64,000 nucleotides of DNA from Sphaerodactylus townsendi. Lineage: Eukaryota. Positions 12,423 through 25,239 of this stretch are shown one piece after another. Each line of letters begins with the position of its first letter. The first letter of the stretch is position 1. The DNA is taken from the NCBI RefSeq assembly GCF_021028975.2, contig NC_059432.1, forward strand, positions 65,720,001 to 65,784,000, read 5' to 3'. Below the pieces are notes generated by a model. That model was given only the letters and a program-made list of their open reading frames with translations. It made no database searches and was not told the DNA's origin. The position numbers were made by a program, and so were the translations under genes.

Positions 12423-15400
12423 TTAAGGACTCTCCAAAGGTCTCGTGGAACAATTCGGTTTGCTAGTCTCATGAACTCTCCAAGGTCCCCGCAGGCCCGG
12501 AATAGCTGATGGTAATGTGTTCCACCAGGCCGGGTGCCAGAGGCCAAAGGCCCTGGCCCATGTGGGAGGCCAGCCGCCATTACTCCAGGGGCCAGGGATC
12601 TCCAGTAGATTCAGCCTGCTGGGATCGTGAGGACTCCAGCTGGGACATATGGGGTAACAAGGGTCCCTGGCGGTAATGAGGGTCCCAGGTCACGTAAGGC
12701 CTTGAAGGTCAACACTCCACATCTTGAACATGATTCGGAATTCGACGGGCAGCCAATGGCATGCGGCGCAGCACAGGGGAAATATGTTCAACAAAGGCGC
12801 CCCCTGTGAGCAAACCGGGTTTCTGCATGTTGCACCAATTTCAGTTTCCGGATCAGGCGCAAGGGAAGGCCCGCGTAGAGCGAGTTACAATAGTCCTAAA
12901 TGTCCTCATGGCTTCACCCTTCAAGTCCATTATGGACATTCTGCTAAATTTTTTTACATATGAAGGTAATATTCTTAGTGGCAGTGACCTTGGCCCAGAG
13001 GATCTTGGAGCTTTAGGCCCTTTCAGTTAGTTCAAACCTGTATGTTTCCACAAGGAGAAGGTTATGTTGAGAGCTGAACCTACCCTCGTTCCCAAGATTA
13101 ACTCACAGTTTCACCAGCAACAGGAAATATGCCTACTGACATTTGCTCCCAAACCCAACATCTGAAAGATGTAAAATGGCACACACTAGATGACAAAAAA
13201 CCTTAAAAGCTCAGAATGTAAAGTTTCTATAAGTCAGAAACTATGTTCTTCATGGTTTCTCCTCCAAACTCAGGATGTAAGATATCCACTTCTACCATCA
13301 GCAGATGCCTCAAAAACTGTATTGTGGAGGCTTACAGAGCACAGAAGTTAGCCCCTCCATTGGGGATCACAGCTTACTCACTACATAATACAGCCATGAC
13401 CCAGAACACCTCTCTTGATGAGATATGGAGGGCTGCTACTTGGTTGTCAGTTTCAATGTTCATTTGCCACTACAGAATCAATATCTTTAGCTCACCTTGA
13501 TGTGGCCTTTGGAAGGTGGATTCTTCAGCATGGCCCCGAGACAAATGTTGACAACCCTCCCATTTCCTAGGGACACTGCTTTTGGTGGTCCTGAAGATGT
13601 CCTCCTGCTCAGCAGGAAAATAACCATTGGTTCTTAACCATGAAAGGTCCTTGTCAGCTGAGTTAAGGAGGATATTTTGCCCTCCCACACATCCATCTTG
13701 CAACAGCTGTACATGTTTTTTTTTCTTCCCTCGTCCCTTCTCTGTTTCTCCCTTAACATTTTTCTATACTCTCTAAGTGTTAGCAAGGCTCACTAAAGTT
13801 TAGGTTATGATTGACATTACGTTAGCTGCTAGTTAGAGTTCCTGAACTGAGAGAGAGGTGGTAGTTCCTGCCAGAAACCGGAAGATCTTGTTCTTGCCTC
13901 CCTGGCTAAGTGGCAAGAATCATCCAAGATGTCCTCCTTAACTAAGCTGAAACGGACCTTCCACAGGTTTATCACCAATGGTTGTTTAGCTCATACTCTT
14001 TTTATCTAAAGAAATACCCCACGTGGGCATTCCTTCTTAACCCAGTCAGTTACAAGAGAACTATACCCCCCTCTAGGAATGACACAGCAAGATGACCGAC
14101 AGTTGTCTTCAGCTGGTCATTCACATCTAGGCACATCTAGGCACAGGTAGGCCCCTTCCGCACATGTAAAATAATGCGTTTTCAAACCACTTTCACAACT
14201 GTTTGCAAGTGGATTTGCCATTCCGCACAGCTTCAAAGAGCATTGAAAGCAGTTTGAAAGTGCATTATTCTGCATGTGCGGAATGAGCCTTAGTCTGCCT
14301 GAACATGCCCCAGGCAAGCTTAGCACAGGGAACAACAAGAAGACCTGAGCAGAAGAACTGGCTTCTTGACAGTCATTTAGGCGAAGACTGATACATAGTA
14401 AACTGGGAGCTTGTGCCTGTGATGGAATTTGAATGATCCCTTGTCTCCCCAGTACAAGTCCCATAAACTGTCTGCTATGTCACACTTCATGAAATGTTAG
14501 TCTAAGATAGAGGCATGAGGAATAATGAACCTTTCTTGGTTTTTTTCAAATGTAGTGCAAGATCTTAGCTTTTGAATGAATATTGTTGGTGTTGTTTTAG
14601 CAAGGTCAATGAGAGGCATTTAGCTTGTCACTGAGGATGTCTAATTGCAGTTTAAATTAATTTCAAGTTACTATTTATGTCCTTACTCCAGAGGCATGCT
14701 CAGCTTGGCTCACACAGTAATAAAAATACTGTTAGTGGTAAGTCTGGTTCCTAGATAAAAACAAAATTTGTCAAGGCCTGGGCTAATCAGTGAATAATCA
14801 AACTGATTTATTATAGGTCCTAGAACAGGTTCCCATCATCCAGTTAGGGATGAATGTGAATTCCATGTGCACAGAGACCCTCTGCTAGAGTTGCTCTAAA
14901 CTTAGGCAGTATACAAGGTGAGCTAAATCCAGGCCAAAAAGGCATAGCCTTGAACTGCCAGAGTTGATCCGCATATATCAGTGGTTCTCAATCTTCCTAA
15001 TGCCGCGACCCTTTAATACAGTTCCTCATGTTGTGGTGACCCCAACCCTAACATTTATCCATTTTACAGATGGAGAACACTGATGCGGAGTGTCTTAGGC
15101 GACCCCTATGAAAGGGTCATTCGACCCCCAAAGGGGTCCCAACCCCCATGTTGAGAACCACTGGCATAGAACTGATTTGACCATACCTGGCTTGGTTGAA
15201 GTTTGGTGTCACAGTCCCACTGCATCTGATTGTTTTGATGCACATCCTGTACTCTGGACAAGAGCTGTTGTTAGGACAGAATATGGAGAAACAGAATGGT
15301 TTCCAATTGGCAATGGAGTTAGTCAAGGATGTGTTTTATATTCTGATCTCTTCAGTCTGTATGCAGAATATAATATGATTAGATTTCGATGAAGTGAAGT

Positions 15401-17744
15401 GGAGTGGAGTGAAAATTGGGGGGAGGAACATTAACAATTTGAAATATGCTCATGATTCCACAATGCTGGGAAATAGTGAAGACTTGAAACGGTTTCTAAT
15501 GGAAGTTAAAGGAGAAAGTTCCAAAGCAGGACTGCAGCTGGACATCAAGAAAAGAAAAAACATTGATTACTCCAGAATTACTCAACTTTAAGGTGGACAC
15601 TAAGAAAACTGAAATGGTTGGAGACTTTCTGTTCCTTGGCTCCACCATGACCCCAAAGTGAGACTGCTACCAAAAAATCAGAAGGAGATTGAGACTGGAA
15701 AGAGCAGTCATGAAAGGAGCTAGAAAAAATTCTTAAGTGTAAGGATGTGTCACAAGCAACCAAGTTCAAGTTAATCCATACCATAGTATTCCCTATTATT
15801 ATGTGTGGGTGTGAAAGTTGGATGATGAAGAAAGCTGACAGGGAAAAAGTAGATTCCTTCAAAATGTGGTATTGGAAGAGAGTGTTACAGATATGGTGGG
15901 CTGCCAAAATAGTGGGAAGGGTTCTAAATCAAATCAAGCCTGAACTGTCCCTAAAAGCTAAAATGACTAAACTGAGACTATTGTACTCTGGTCACATTAT
16001 GAGAAGACAGGGATCACTGGAAAAGACAATAATGCTAGAAAAACTTGAGATCGGCAGGAAAGGTTTTTATAAAGGAAGCCTTGAACCTCAGTTTGCAAGA
16101 CCTGAGCAAGGTTGTTAATGATAGCAGTTTTGGAGGACATTGATTCATAGGGTCGCCATGAGTCAGAAGCTGTTTAATATTACTTAACACACTCATACCA
16201 AATACTTTGTTAAATAATCTCACAACTTGAATTACCTTATCTAATGTACACATTGCAAAGTTTATTGAAAAAAGATATGGTTCACCCTGAGCTCCATTCT
16301 CTCCACCTGAATGCCCCCAGGATGCTGCCTTATGATAATGCTTTGTCATTTCCCCCTTCTTAATATATATCCTTAAATGCATTTGTGGAAATCTTCATAC
16401 CCCAAAATATACCTGCTGTTCAATGTAATGTAAATAAAATTTCTACATGGCTTGCTTTACTCTGTTACTATTGTATTGGGTGATGAATAGAGGTATGCAG
16501 AGTTTCTCTACGGCTGGCTCCTATTCTACTGGCCACATCCCTCAGGAGTGTGTCTTCTGAGAAAGTGTGTAAAGTTGCACCATTGGAAGAGTTCTGGTTC
16601 CGTAGCTGGCATCTCTATTCATGAAACTCTCTCCATGATAGGACTTAGAAGAATTCCGCACTACTGTCAGAACATATTGCAGGGCTTTCCCAAATCTACT
16701 GACACTTTCATTGAGTTCTCTTCGTGGTGCTGATTCAAGATTTTTCTTGACCATTTTAAGAAATATTTTGATGTACTTAAATATATTTTACCTAGGCTTA
16801 GAATTAATTATTGCTTTGCAGTTAGGCCTGTCAGAATTGAAGTATGCACATTTGTCATACCTGTAGAATTTTTTACTCTGTATTTTTAAAAACTGTTTTA
16901 ATTGTTATCAGTTTTTACAATATGGTCATTTGCACCCACTGAAGACATCTAAAATTCTCTCTGAACAAGTTCACAAAGCTGTTACATTGTTGATAGTTTT
17001 TAAAATGAGTTAGGGAAGCAGCATGGTAGAAGATGGAAAGACTGAAGCTGGAGAAAGTAAGCAAAGCAGAAATAACCTGAACTTAAAAATTCACGGTAGC
17101 AGCCTTAGTGAAATCTCATCAGAGCTTGTAGGCAAAGCAGGGTTGGCCATGATTAGTACTTGGAAGGGAGACTACCAAGGAAGACAAGTCACTGTGCAGA
17201 AGAAGGCAGTGGCAAATGACTTCTGCTCACCTCTTGCTTTGAACACCCCAGGGTTCTGGGGTCATCATGATTTGGTTGCAGCTTGATGGCATAATTATAC
17301 ACAGATGGCATAATTATACACAGAGTTAAAATACACAGAGTCTTTTTATTGGTCTTGATGAAAAGGCTGTTTAGTTTTAACTATAAAACAAGTAAAATTG
17401 TTGGCTGACATTTTAAAATACTTAGGGGTCATGCCCTGCTCATCTTTACTCCATTAAATTTTTGACCCAGTTTTTAAATGGTTTTTTTTTGGGCGGGGGG
17501 GGGGGGGGGTAACATAGGGGCTGATCCAATTGCCTACTGCATCTTGCCCTTTCATTTCCCTAAACATCCTTCTGGAATTCACTTCCATCTTCCCATCAGG
17601 AGTTGTCTAGTAAACAGATCTGCACTTTCTCGTGGTATGCATAAGAGTGTATGCAACTAGAATAATCCTTTTAATTTGTTTAAAGGTAGAAGTTGTATTA
17701 GATTCAATTATTTAATCTATGTTCTCTTTAAAAAAATAATTTAA

Positions 17745-17873
<129 letters not shown>

Positions 17874-20812
17874 TGATGCTTATTTTTTCTTTGAATATAT
17901 TTTTCAGATTTGTGCTTCCATTCTGGTTTTTAATTTTTAAATGAATAATTATTTATAAAACAAATCTATGTGAAGACTTGCAAAATATATAGTATATACT
18001 AGTAGCATGCAGGGATGTGTGAAGCTATAGTGGGAAGTTAACTGATAAAACTGTTAACTTTTAATGAAGGTGGTGACTAATTGGTCAATTCCCTGACTCC
18101 TAGAAGGGAAACCCCTGTGCCCAAGGCCACTTCCTCTCGCTCAGGGAGAGCACTCTACAGAACTATACCTTTCCCTACTAACAGCTCTACCAAATTCTTT
18201 GGTCTGTTCCTGTTGCTAAAAATCCTCAGCCTTTTGATCTCTTCCACAGGTTATTTGCACCTGCCTTTCTCCTTCTTTGTCCTTCTCACTGTCCCCACTC
18301 ATGGTGGAATTTGAGGCTTAAAAGCAGCCCTTCAGGGGTAGCTTCCTCCCAGAAAGGACATGGACTTAGATCTGCTATCCTCTCTGCCTCCAGGAGATGG
18401 CCTGATCCCCAGAAGCCTCAGGAGCAGTGAAGTAGAGAGAGAACAGGCATGGGAGACCTTGGCGCCAAAATGAAAGCAGCAAATCACGCTGCATAAAAAT
18501 GGCATGGAAAGGGCCTTGATTGGAAAAATGGCCTCATGGCTACCAGTTTGGCCCTGAGTGACTATGATGGCAGAAACACCACTCTGGACCATAACCATTG
18601 AACCAGATGAAGGAGATGGAGCAGAATCCAAAGGGTAATGTACTTCACACACCACCACTCAAGGTTGTGGGGAATGCAGACGTCTTTCCCCATAGGCCTT
18701 ATGGAGGTAGTCAGGAGGGCCCTTTGAGAAGAATTACAGCATATTCAGATGTCCTCCTCTCCCTGCCCCATCCAAAATATCACATCACCCCCCTCAGTCC
18801 CTCCTCCACATGTTCCCATTGATAGGTATAGGCATGCCGTGCATTACCTTGGAGCAGACCTGACCATGGGAGATTTCAGTGGTCAAGTAACAGAGGGTCC
18901 TTTCATAGAGGCTCTCATTTCAGCAGGTCATCTTAATTTCAACCTTATCACTCTGTCAAGAGCTACAGGCAGATCAAGCAATGAAAACAATGGTACAGGC
19001 AGATCAAGCAATGAAAACAGTGGTACCAAGCCCCTGGGTGGAAGACTTCAGCACTTCTGAACCCAGTGGTTGCAGTCACAAACAAACCACTGGGTGCAAC
19101 AAATCATCAAATTCAGATACATCATAGTTTACCACTCTTCCCTTTCCAGAATTGTCAGGGAAGAGAAACACTCAAGGACCTCAACCACTATAGCACCTCT
19201 GTTTAAGATAAGAGCAACAGAGCCCATAGCTTCCTGCAAGTGTTGTTCAGGTGTATATTCCATATTTTTCATAGTTACAGAATGTAGGAGTCATTATAGA
19301 CACTGCAAAGACCATAATGATACTTCCAGGGAAAAAGGCCAACAAGAGATCAGGCTTGGCCAAGGCCACTGTCAATGCCAAGTTTGCACAGGTAATGACT
19401 CAGACCCAACTAAAGAGACTGATGATATCATGCATAGGGTTCTATGGGCTTGTTTACACTCTGGTCTGCTTCAGTAGTTTCTTTGTCCTTACCCGTTAGC
19501 AATCTTACAAGAAAGGGAAATGAAACTGACTGTACCTCTGTTGATGAAACAAAGCATGATTTGGTGGACCAAGCCCAGCAAGCTAAGATGGGATAAATCC
19601 AGATCTTTGCAGATGCCAGCCTAGTTGGCTAGGGAGCCTGCTTACAACAACACCCAGCCCAAGCCTTCTGGACACAGAAGAGAAGAAATTGAATATCAGC
19701 GTCCTGGAGCTCAGGGCCATCAAGATGGTGCTTATAAAATTCCAAACCACAATTCAAGGACAACACATCCTCATGAGTACATACACCATCTTTACCAATG
19801 TGCATGTCAACAAACAGGTCTTCCATTCTCCATTGGGAAGCAGAAAGCATCCTCATGTGGGCAGAAACACATGTACAGTTGATTTTGGTCAAGCACATTC
19901 ACGGGACTCTCAACACACAAGTTCACTGGTTGGACAGACAGAGACTGTTGATGAGAATGAGTGGTCACTCAAGAGGAAGACCTTTCAACTAATTGCAAAT
20001 AGATTCATTTCCCTAGGGTTGGATCTATTTGCCTTGTCTGCCGGAAATCTACTACCACAATTCTTCTGCATCATCCACAGGTGGAACAAGTGGAATTGAG
20101 GAAGGTACATCAGGAGTGGGTGTTAGTCGTCATTGTGACTCCAGAGAGGCCTTTCAGACTATAGTTCCAAATCCTGATGGAAGAGCTAAGACATGCTATG
20201 ATAAGGTCCAGTATAACACCCAAATCCAGAGTGGCTGACTGTGGTTCTTGTAAAGAATGAGCTACTGAAGCCAGGTAATGCACCAGAAATCGCCAAAATC
20301 TTCATGGCCTTTAAGCATATACACAAATCCTCATAGAAAGCTTTTGTGGGATGGTGCCAACTCAATCACATGAACCTGTTAAACCCAAGATTATGTCCAG
20401 ATCAGCAATAAGCTATAACAACAGGCAATGTTGTTTCTATGCCTACAGGGCCAGTAACATTCCCATACCTCCTGGCATCATAGCACACTCAGTAAGAAGT
20501 GCAGCTACTGATGCTGCCTTTACTGACAAGCCTCAGTGGAAGAGATATGTAGGTGACCACGTATTTTTCTATCTCAACTTTTGCCAGACACTACAAAGTT
20601 AACTCTTTTTTCATCAGCAGACACAGCCTTCAGACACAGGGTACTGCAGCATGTGGTGAATTTTAACTAGTTCCCATCTGGATTGAGGAACACAGCTGTT
20701 GGATGTTCCAAGTTCAAGATGCCTTCCCCTCAGAGTGAGAGTGGAACCTTAGATACTTACCATGAGGACTCCTCCTGCTCTGAGATAAAGAGTGTATCTT
20801 GCCCACCCAAAA

Positions 20813-20856
<44 letters not shown>

Positions 20857-22799
20857 ACAGATAAGACTGTCTGCAGTCCAAGAATCACTGCTAGGATAAG
20901 CTCAGAACCATGAATGTTTATGTACTTGCTCATTGAAGGAATAAGACCTGATTCATTTCCCTTCCTCAATAAATAAATAAAACTTTACATTCTTATCTGT
21001 TGTCCTAACGCACATGGTTACAAAAATGTTTTTCACCTGTTCTAGTTAATGTTCTTTGCTTATTATATTCCTTCCTGTCCTTCTTATTCTTAGCTTGGAA
21101 ATCACATAAACTGGGCTCAGGAGATTCCCATCTAAGAGACAGTAAGTGATAAATTAGTCCTGCCTCCCAGAAAAGCCAGTGGGAATAACCCAAGATCAAA
21201 ATTCCCTCCTTACCGTAGAGCAGAAGGAATCCTCATGATAAGTATCCAAGGTTCCATTATCATTCTGCTATGTTATAATAAATCTATGATGAGATACTTT
21301 GTTTTCAATTGTTCAGAGGCTTTAGAAGATGGTTCTTCAAGGATTTCTAGAGTGCCATTAAATTAGCTATGCAGAAAATCTAATGAACCCTAACCTACTT
21401 TCAGACTATCACCATATTCTCCTGTGTTAGTATTTGTAGCTTTTGCTATCCCTCAATCTAAAAAGGCTTTCCCCTTTTATTCTTCCTTTGTGAACTTTTC
21501 TTGCAGCTTTGGCTATGATGATGATTTTTGGTAAAATTGTAGGTCATTGAAAGCTATTGAGAGAGATGTGGTAATTTGATTGCCCCAGGTAATACTGTTG
21601 CCCCAGGACCATACCAATCACATACAGCCCTGTATAGTATTTTCAGTAATTGCTTAGGTTATATATACTTAATATTTCCCCCTTGACTCTGTGTGTGTGA
21701 GAGAGAGTGTATGTGTTTAAATTGGTTTGTCTAATTCACCCTAAATATAATTGTCTGAATTCAACATTGCATATGCCTAAATTGAACAGGCAATTTAGTA
21801 TTTACTTTTCTGTGTTAAATTATGGTGAGTATAGTGAATTCGCAGAATTGCAGCATTTCTGTTGCAGCATACCTCAAAGATATGGCACTGATCTCTAGTA
21901 GTCGTTACCAAGATGAGGGCTAATTCTTGCATTAGTACAATGGTGTAGATTAATATGTATGGTTGATTTCCCCACTTTATACTGGGATCTTTCAGGCAAA
22001 CTCACACATCAAATTTATAATGGATACATGTTGCTCAAGATTGACTCATCCTTCCAAGGTTGGCAAAATGACTACCCAGCTTGCAGGGGTAAAGTGTAGA
22101 CAGCTGGGGAAGGCAATGGCAAACCACCCCATAGACATAGTCTGCCTAGTAAATGTTGTGATGTGATGTGATCTCACTGGCAGGAGTGACCCAGTGCTTG
22201 CCTTTATCTTTACATGACATTTTAATATCTGGATTCACCATAGGCTTATTCTGTGTGGAGAGCTATAGTACACAACATCCTTCTGTATGTGTGCATAGTG
22301 CATGTAGTTAAAATTGTCATATCTTTCACTAAATAATAATGGGGCTCCAAGGGTTGAGAATACCACAACAACAAAATGGTAGCAATGTAAATATCTATCT
22401 TCTATTATTCAAAGGTACAATATATTAAAAAGTCTGTACTTATTCTGTTTCATATGGGTGCCATAAACAACTTAAATAACATTAACTTGTTTGTGTTTAT
22501 TTTATGAATACTGTATATACTCCTGTATAAGTCGACCCGCATATAAGTCGAGGCACCTAATTTTACCACAAAAAACTGGGAAAACTTATTGACTCACATA
22601 TAAGTCGAGGGTGGGAAATGCAGCAGCTACTGGTAAATTTCAAAAATAAAAATAGATACCAATAAAATTACATTAATTGAGGCATCAGTAGGTTAAATGT
22701 TTTTGAATATTTATTTCAAAGAAAAATAGTAAACTTGCTCTGTAAGTGGAAAAGAGGGTCAACAAGAACAATATGGTTTCAACAATAACTGTTTATGTT

Positions 22800-23290
22800 A
22801 GCAGTACCAACATTTCAGAGTATCTTTAGGAGACCCTCTTGATGATACCACCCAGGTTTGGTGAAGTTTGGTTCAGGGGGTCCAAAGTTATGGACTCTCA
22901 AAAGGGTAGCCCCATCTACTATTAGCTTCCATTGGAAACAATGGGGGATGGGAGCACCCACTTTGGGGATCCATAACTTTGGACCCCCTGAACCAAACAT
23001 CACCAAACCTGGCTGATATCAGAAAGAGATTATCCTAATGATACCACCCAGGTTTAGTGAAGTTTGGTTCGAGGGGACCGAAGTTATGGACCCTCAAAAT
23101 GTAGCCCCATGTACTATTAGCTCCCATTGGAAACAATGGGGGATGGGAGCACCCCCTTTGGGGGTCCATAACTTTGGACCCCCTGAACCAAACTTTACCA
23201 AACTTGGCTGATATCATCAGGAGTGTCACCTAATGATACCCTGAAATTTTGGCTCGCTAGCCTAAAAACTGCACCCCCTAGCGGCCGACA
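22800..23290. mobile_element. Partial copy of the hAT-type element with ~175-bp internal tandem units; mirror at 1-245
   Basis: Repeated ccataactttggaccccctgaaccaaac motif shared with 24455-25239 and 59340-60749. Confidence 0.75.
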
Positions 23291-23621
23291 AAGTAAAAAC
23301 CTTGTCTCATACAATAATGTAACTGCAAGAGAACAGATTTTCAAATTTGTATTAAGTGTCACAAAACTTGTATGTTAACAAATATTCAGAATGCCCTATA
23401 GTTTCTGCAAGTAATTCAGTTTTAGAACCCATCTTAAAATACTTGGAGCCTTTTCTGTATTCCTTCACAATCAGTACGGAGTCATTTATTAAGGACACCA
23501 AAGATTTCATAGCGAAGGTGGAAGGAATGCAGGCACCACAGGAAGCAGTTTTGGCCACATTTGATGTCTCGTGCCTCTAGGTTAGACCAGGAAAATAATT
23601 ATTCAGGTTTTTAACAGTAGA

Positions 23622-23850
23622 CCTATCAACCAACCTCCTATAATCTGTCTCACCAAAAGAAAAAAAACAATTGTAAATTCTCCACATGCTGGATGATCTT
23701 TGTTTCAGAATGCTCTGTTTGGGTCCTAGTGCCTACCTAGTTTTGTTAGGTAGGCACTAGGACCCAAACAAAGCTTTCCAAATCAAAGGTGGTCCAGCAT
23801 ATGGAGAACAAAGTTATAATTTGGGGGGGTTTTTTAAATAAGACCGAGCA
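23622..23850. mobile_element. Palindromic MITE-like insertion with a perfect 24-bp hairpin
   Basis: tgtttgggtcctagtgcctaccta (23716-23739) + 7-nt loop + taggtaggcactaggacccaaaca (23747-23770). Imperfect symmetry extends outward. Confidence 0.7.
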
Positions 23851-24454
23851 TACACATTTTTAAATTCAGCTTATTGACATTTTTGAGCACAGTTATTTTC
23901 AGTCTGAGGATTGTTTTTATTTACAGAAGCATGGTGTCAGCATTGGTTCAGCCTGCCCATCATCAATAGCAAATATTTATATGATTTAAAAAACAAGTTT
24001 ATTTTTGATCACACTGTGAATGAACTTTTCTGAAATTAGTGTTTACAAATGGAATGTTGATTGTTTGGTTTTTTAATCTTAGACACGGAAGAACATACCA
24101 ACAGATTTTTTATTTGGATCAATTCAGTGAACTGCCATTTGACATTTATAGGACATGTTAATCAAGTAAACGTGCCTTCTTAGACATGGAGATAGTTATA
24201 GGTACAATGAATAAAATGTATATATGCCCCTTTAAGAAACCTTCTGGTAGAAATGCTCTCCTACATAACAGTTTGTACCATCCAAGGCACCTACGCACTA
24301 ATTTACCTTATGGCCAATTCCTACATATTTAAAGAAATGCTACTCTAAAACAAGATTACATAATTGCAACATCAGTTCTCCACAAACATCTAGAAAATGG
24401 AGGTTACGCTGATCACATTATAACTATAGCCAGGGACAGAGCAGATCTATTAAC

Positions 24455-25239
24455 CAGTAACGTAGGTATAGATTTTTTATGGGTGGGTTTGGGGGCGGGG
24501 CCACGTCTCCCCAAGCCCCGCCCCCAGCCTCAGTGCTTATAAAAGCAGCTCTTCGAGGCTAGGGATGGCAGACTCCCTGCCCCCCACCATCTGGACTCCC
24601 AGCCGGCGGTCCCTTCTGCCCTCCCCTCTGGCAGAGGCATAGCTAGAGAAAATGGAGCCTGGTGCAAAATCTGAGTTTTGCCCCCCCATGGGTGGCCCCT
24701 GTGATGCTGGAATCCACCCCCAAACAGCATCATTTTCAATGGTATTTAAACTAGGGAGCCCAGATTCTCCTTTTAAATCCACCTTAAAGGGAGAATCTGG
24801 GGGCCCCAATTAAAACAACATTGAAAGTGATGCTGTTTTGGGGTGGATTATCTCCTGTTCTGAAACAGCATCACTTTCAATGTTTAAACTGGGGACTTCA
24901 AATTCTCCCTTTAAATCCATGCCTAAGGGGGTGGATTTAAAAGGAGAATCTGGGGAAATTTGGGGGGTGCCTGCCATCTTCTAGTAGCTCCAATTGGAAA
25001 CAGTAGGGGATGGGATCACCCCCTTTGGGAGTCCATAACTTTGGACCCCCTGAACCAAACCTGGGTGGTATCATCAGGAGAGTCTCCCAACAAATCCCTG
25101 AAATTTTGGTATTACTAGCCTAAAAACTGAAAAAACACTAAAAAATACAAAAAACACAAACTGGTGTGTGTGTGTGAAACTTCAGACATGTAATGGTGGG
25201 GGGGTTGAACCTGGGACCCACCCCTTACCTATGTTCTTG
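24455..25239. mobile_element. Non-autonomous hAT-type DNA transposon
   Basis: TIR-like ends cagtaacgtaggta / tacctatgttcttg flanked by a perfect 8-bp TSD ctattaac (24447-24454, 25240-25247). Confidence 0.88.

Noticed and set aside
17095-17190. 5S rRNA gene
   Set aside because: Only a diverged partial 5S match fused to a SINE body; it is a 5S-derived SINE.
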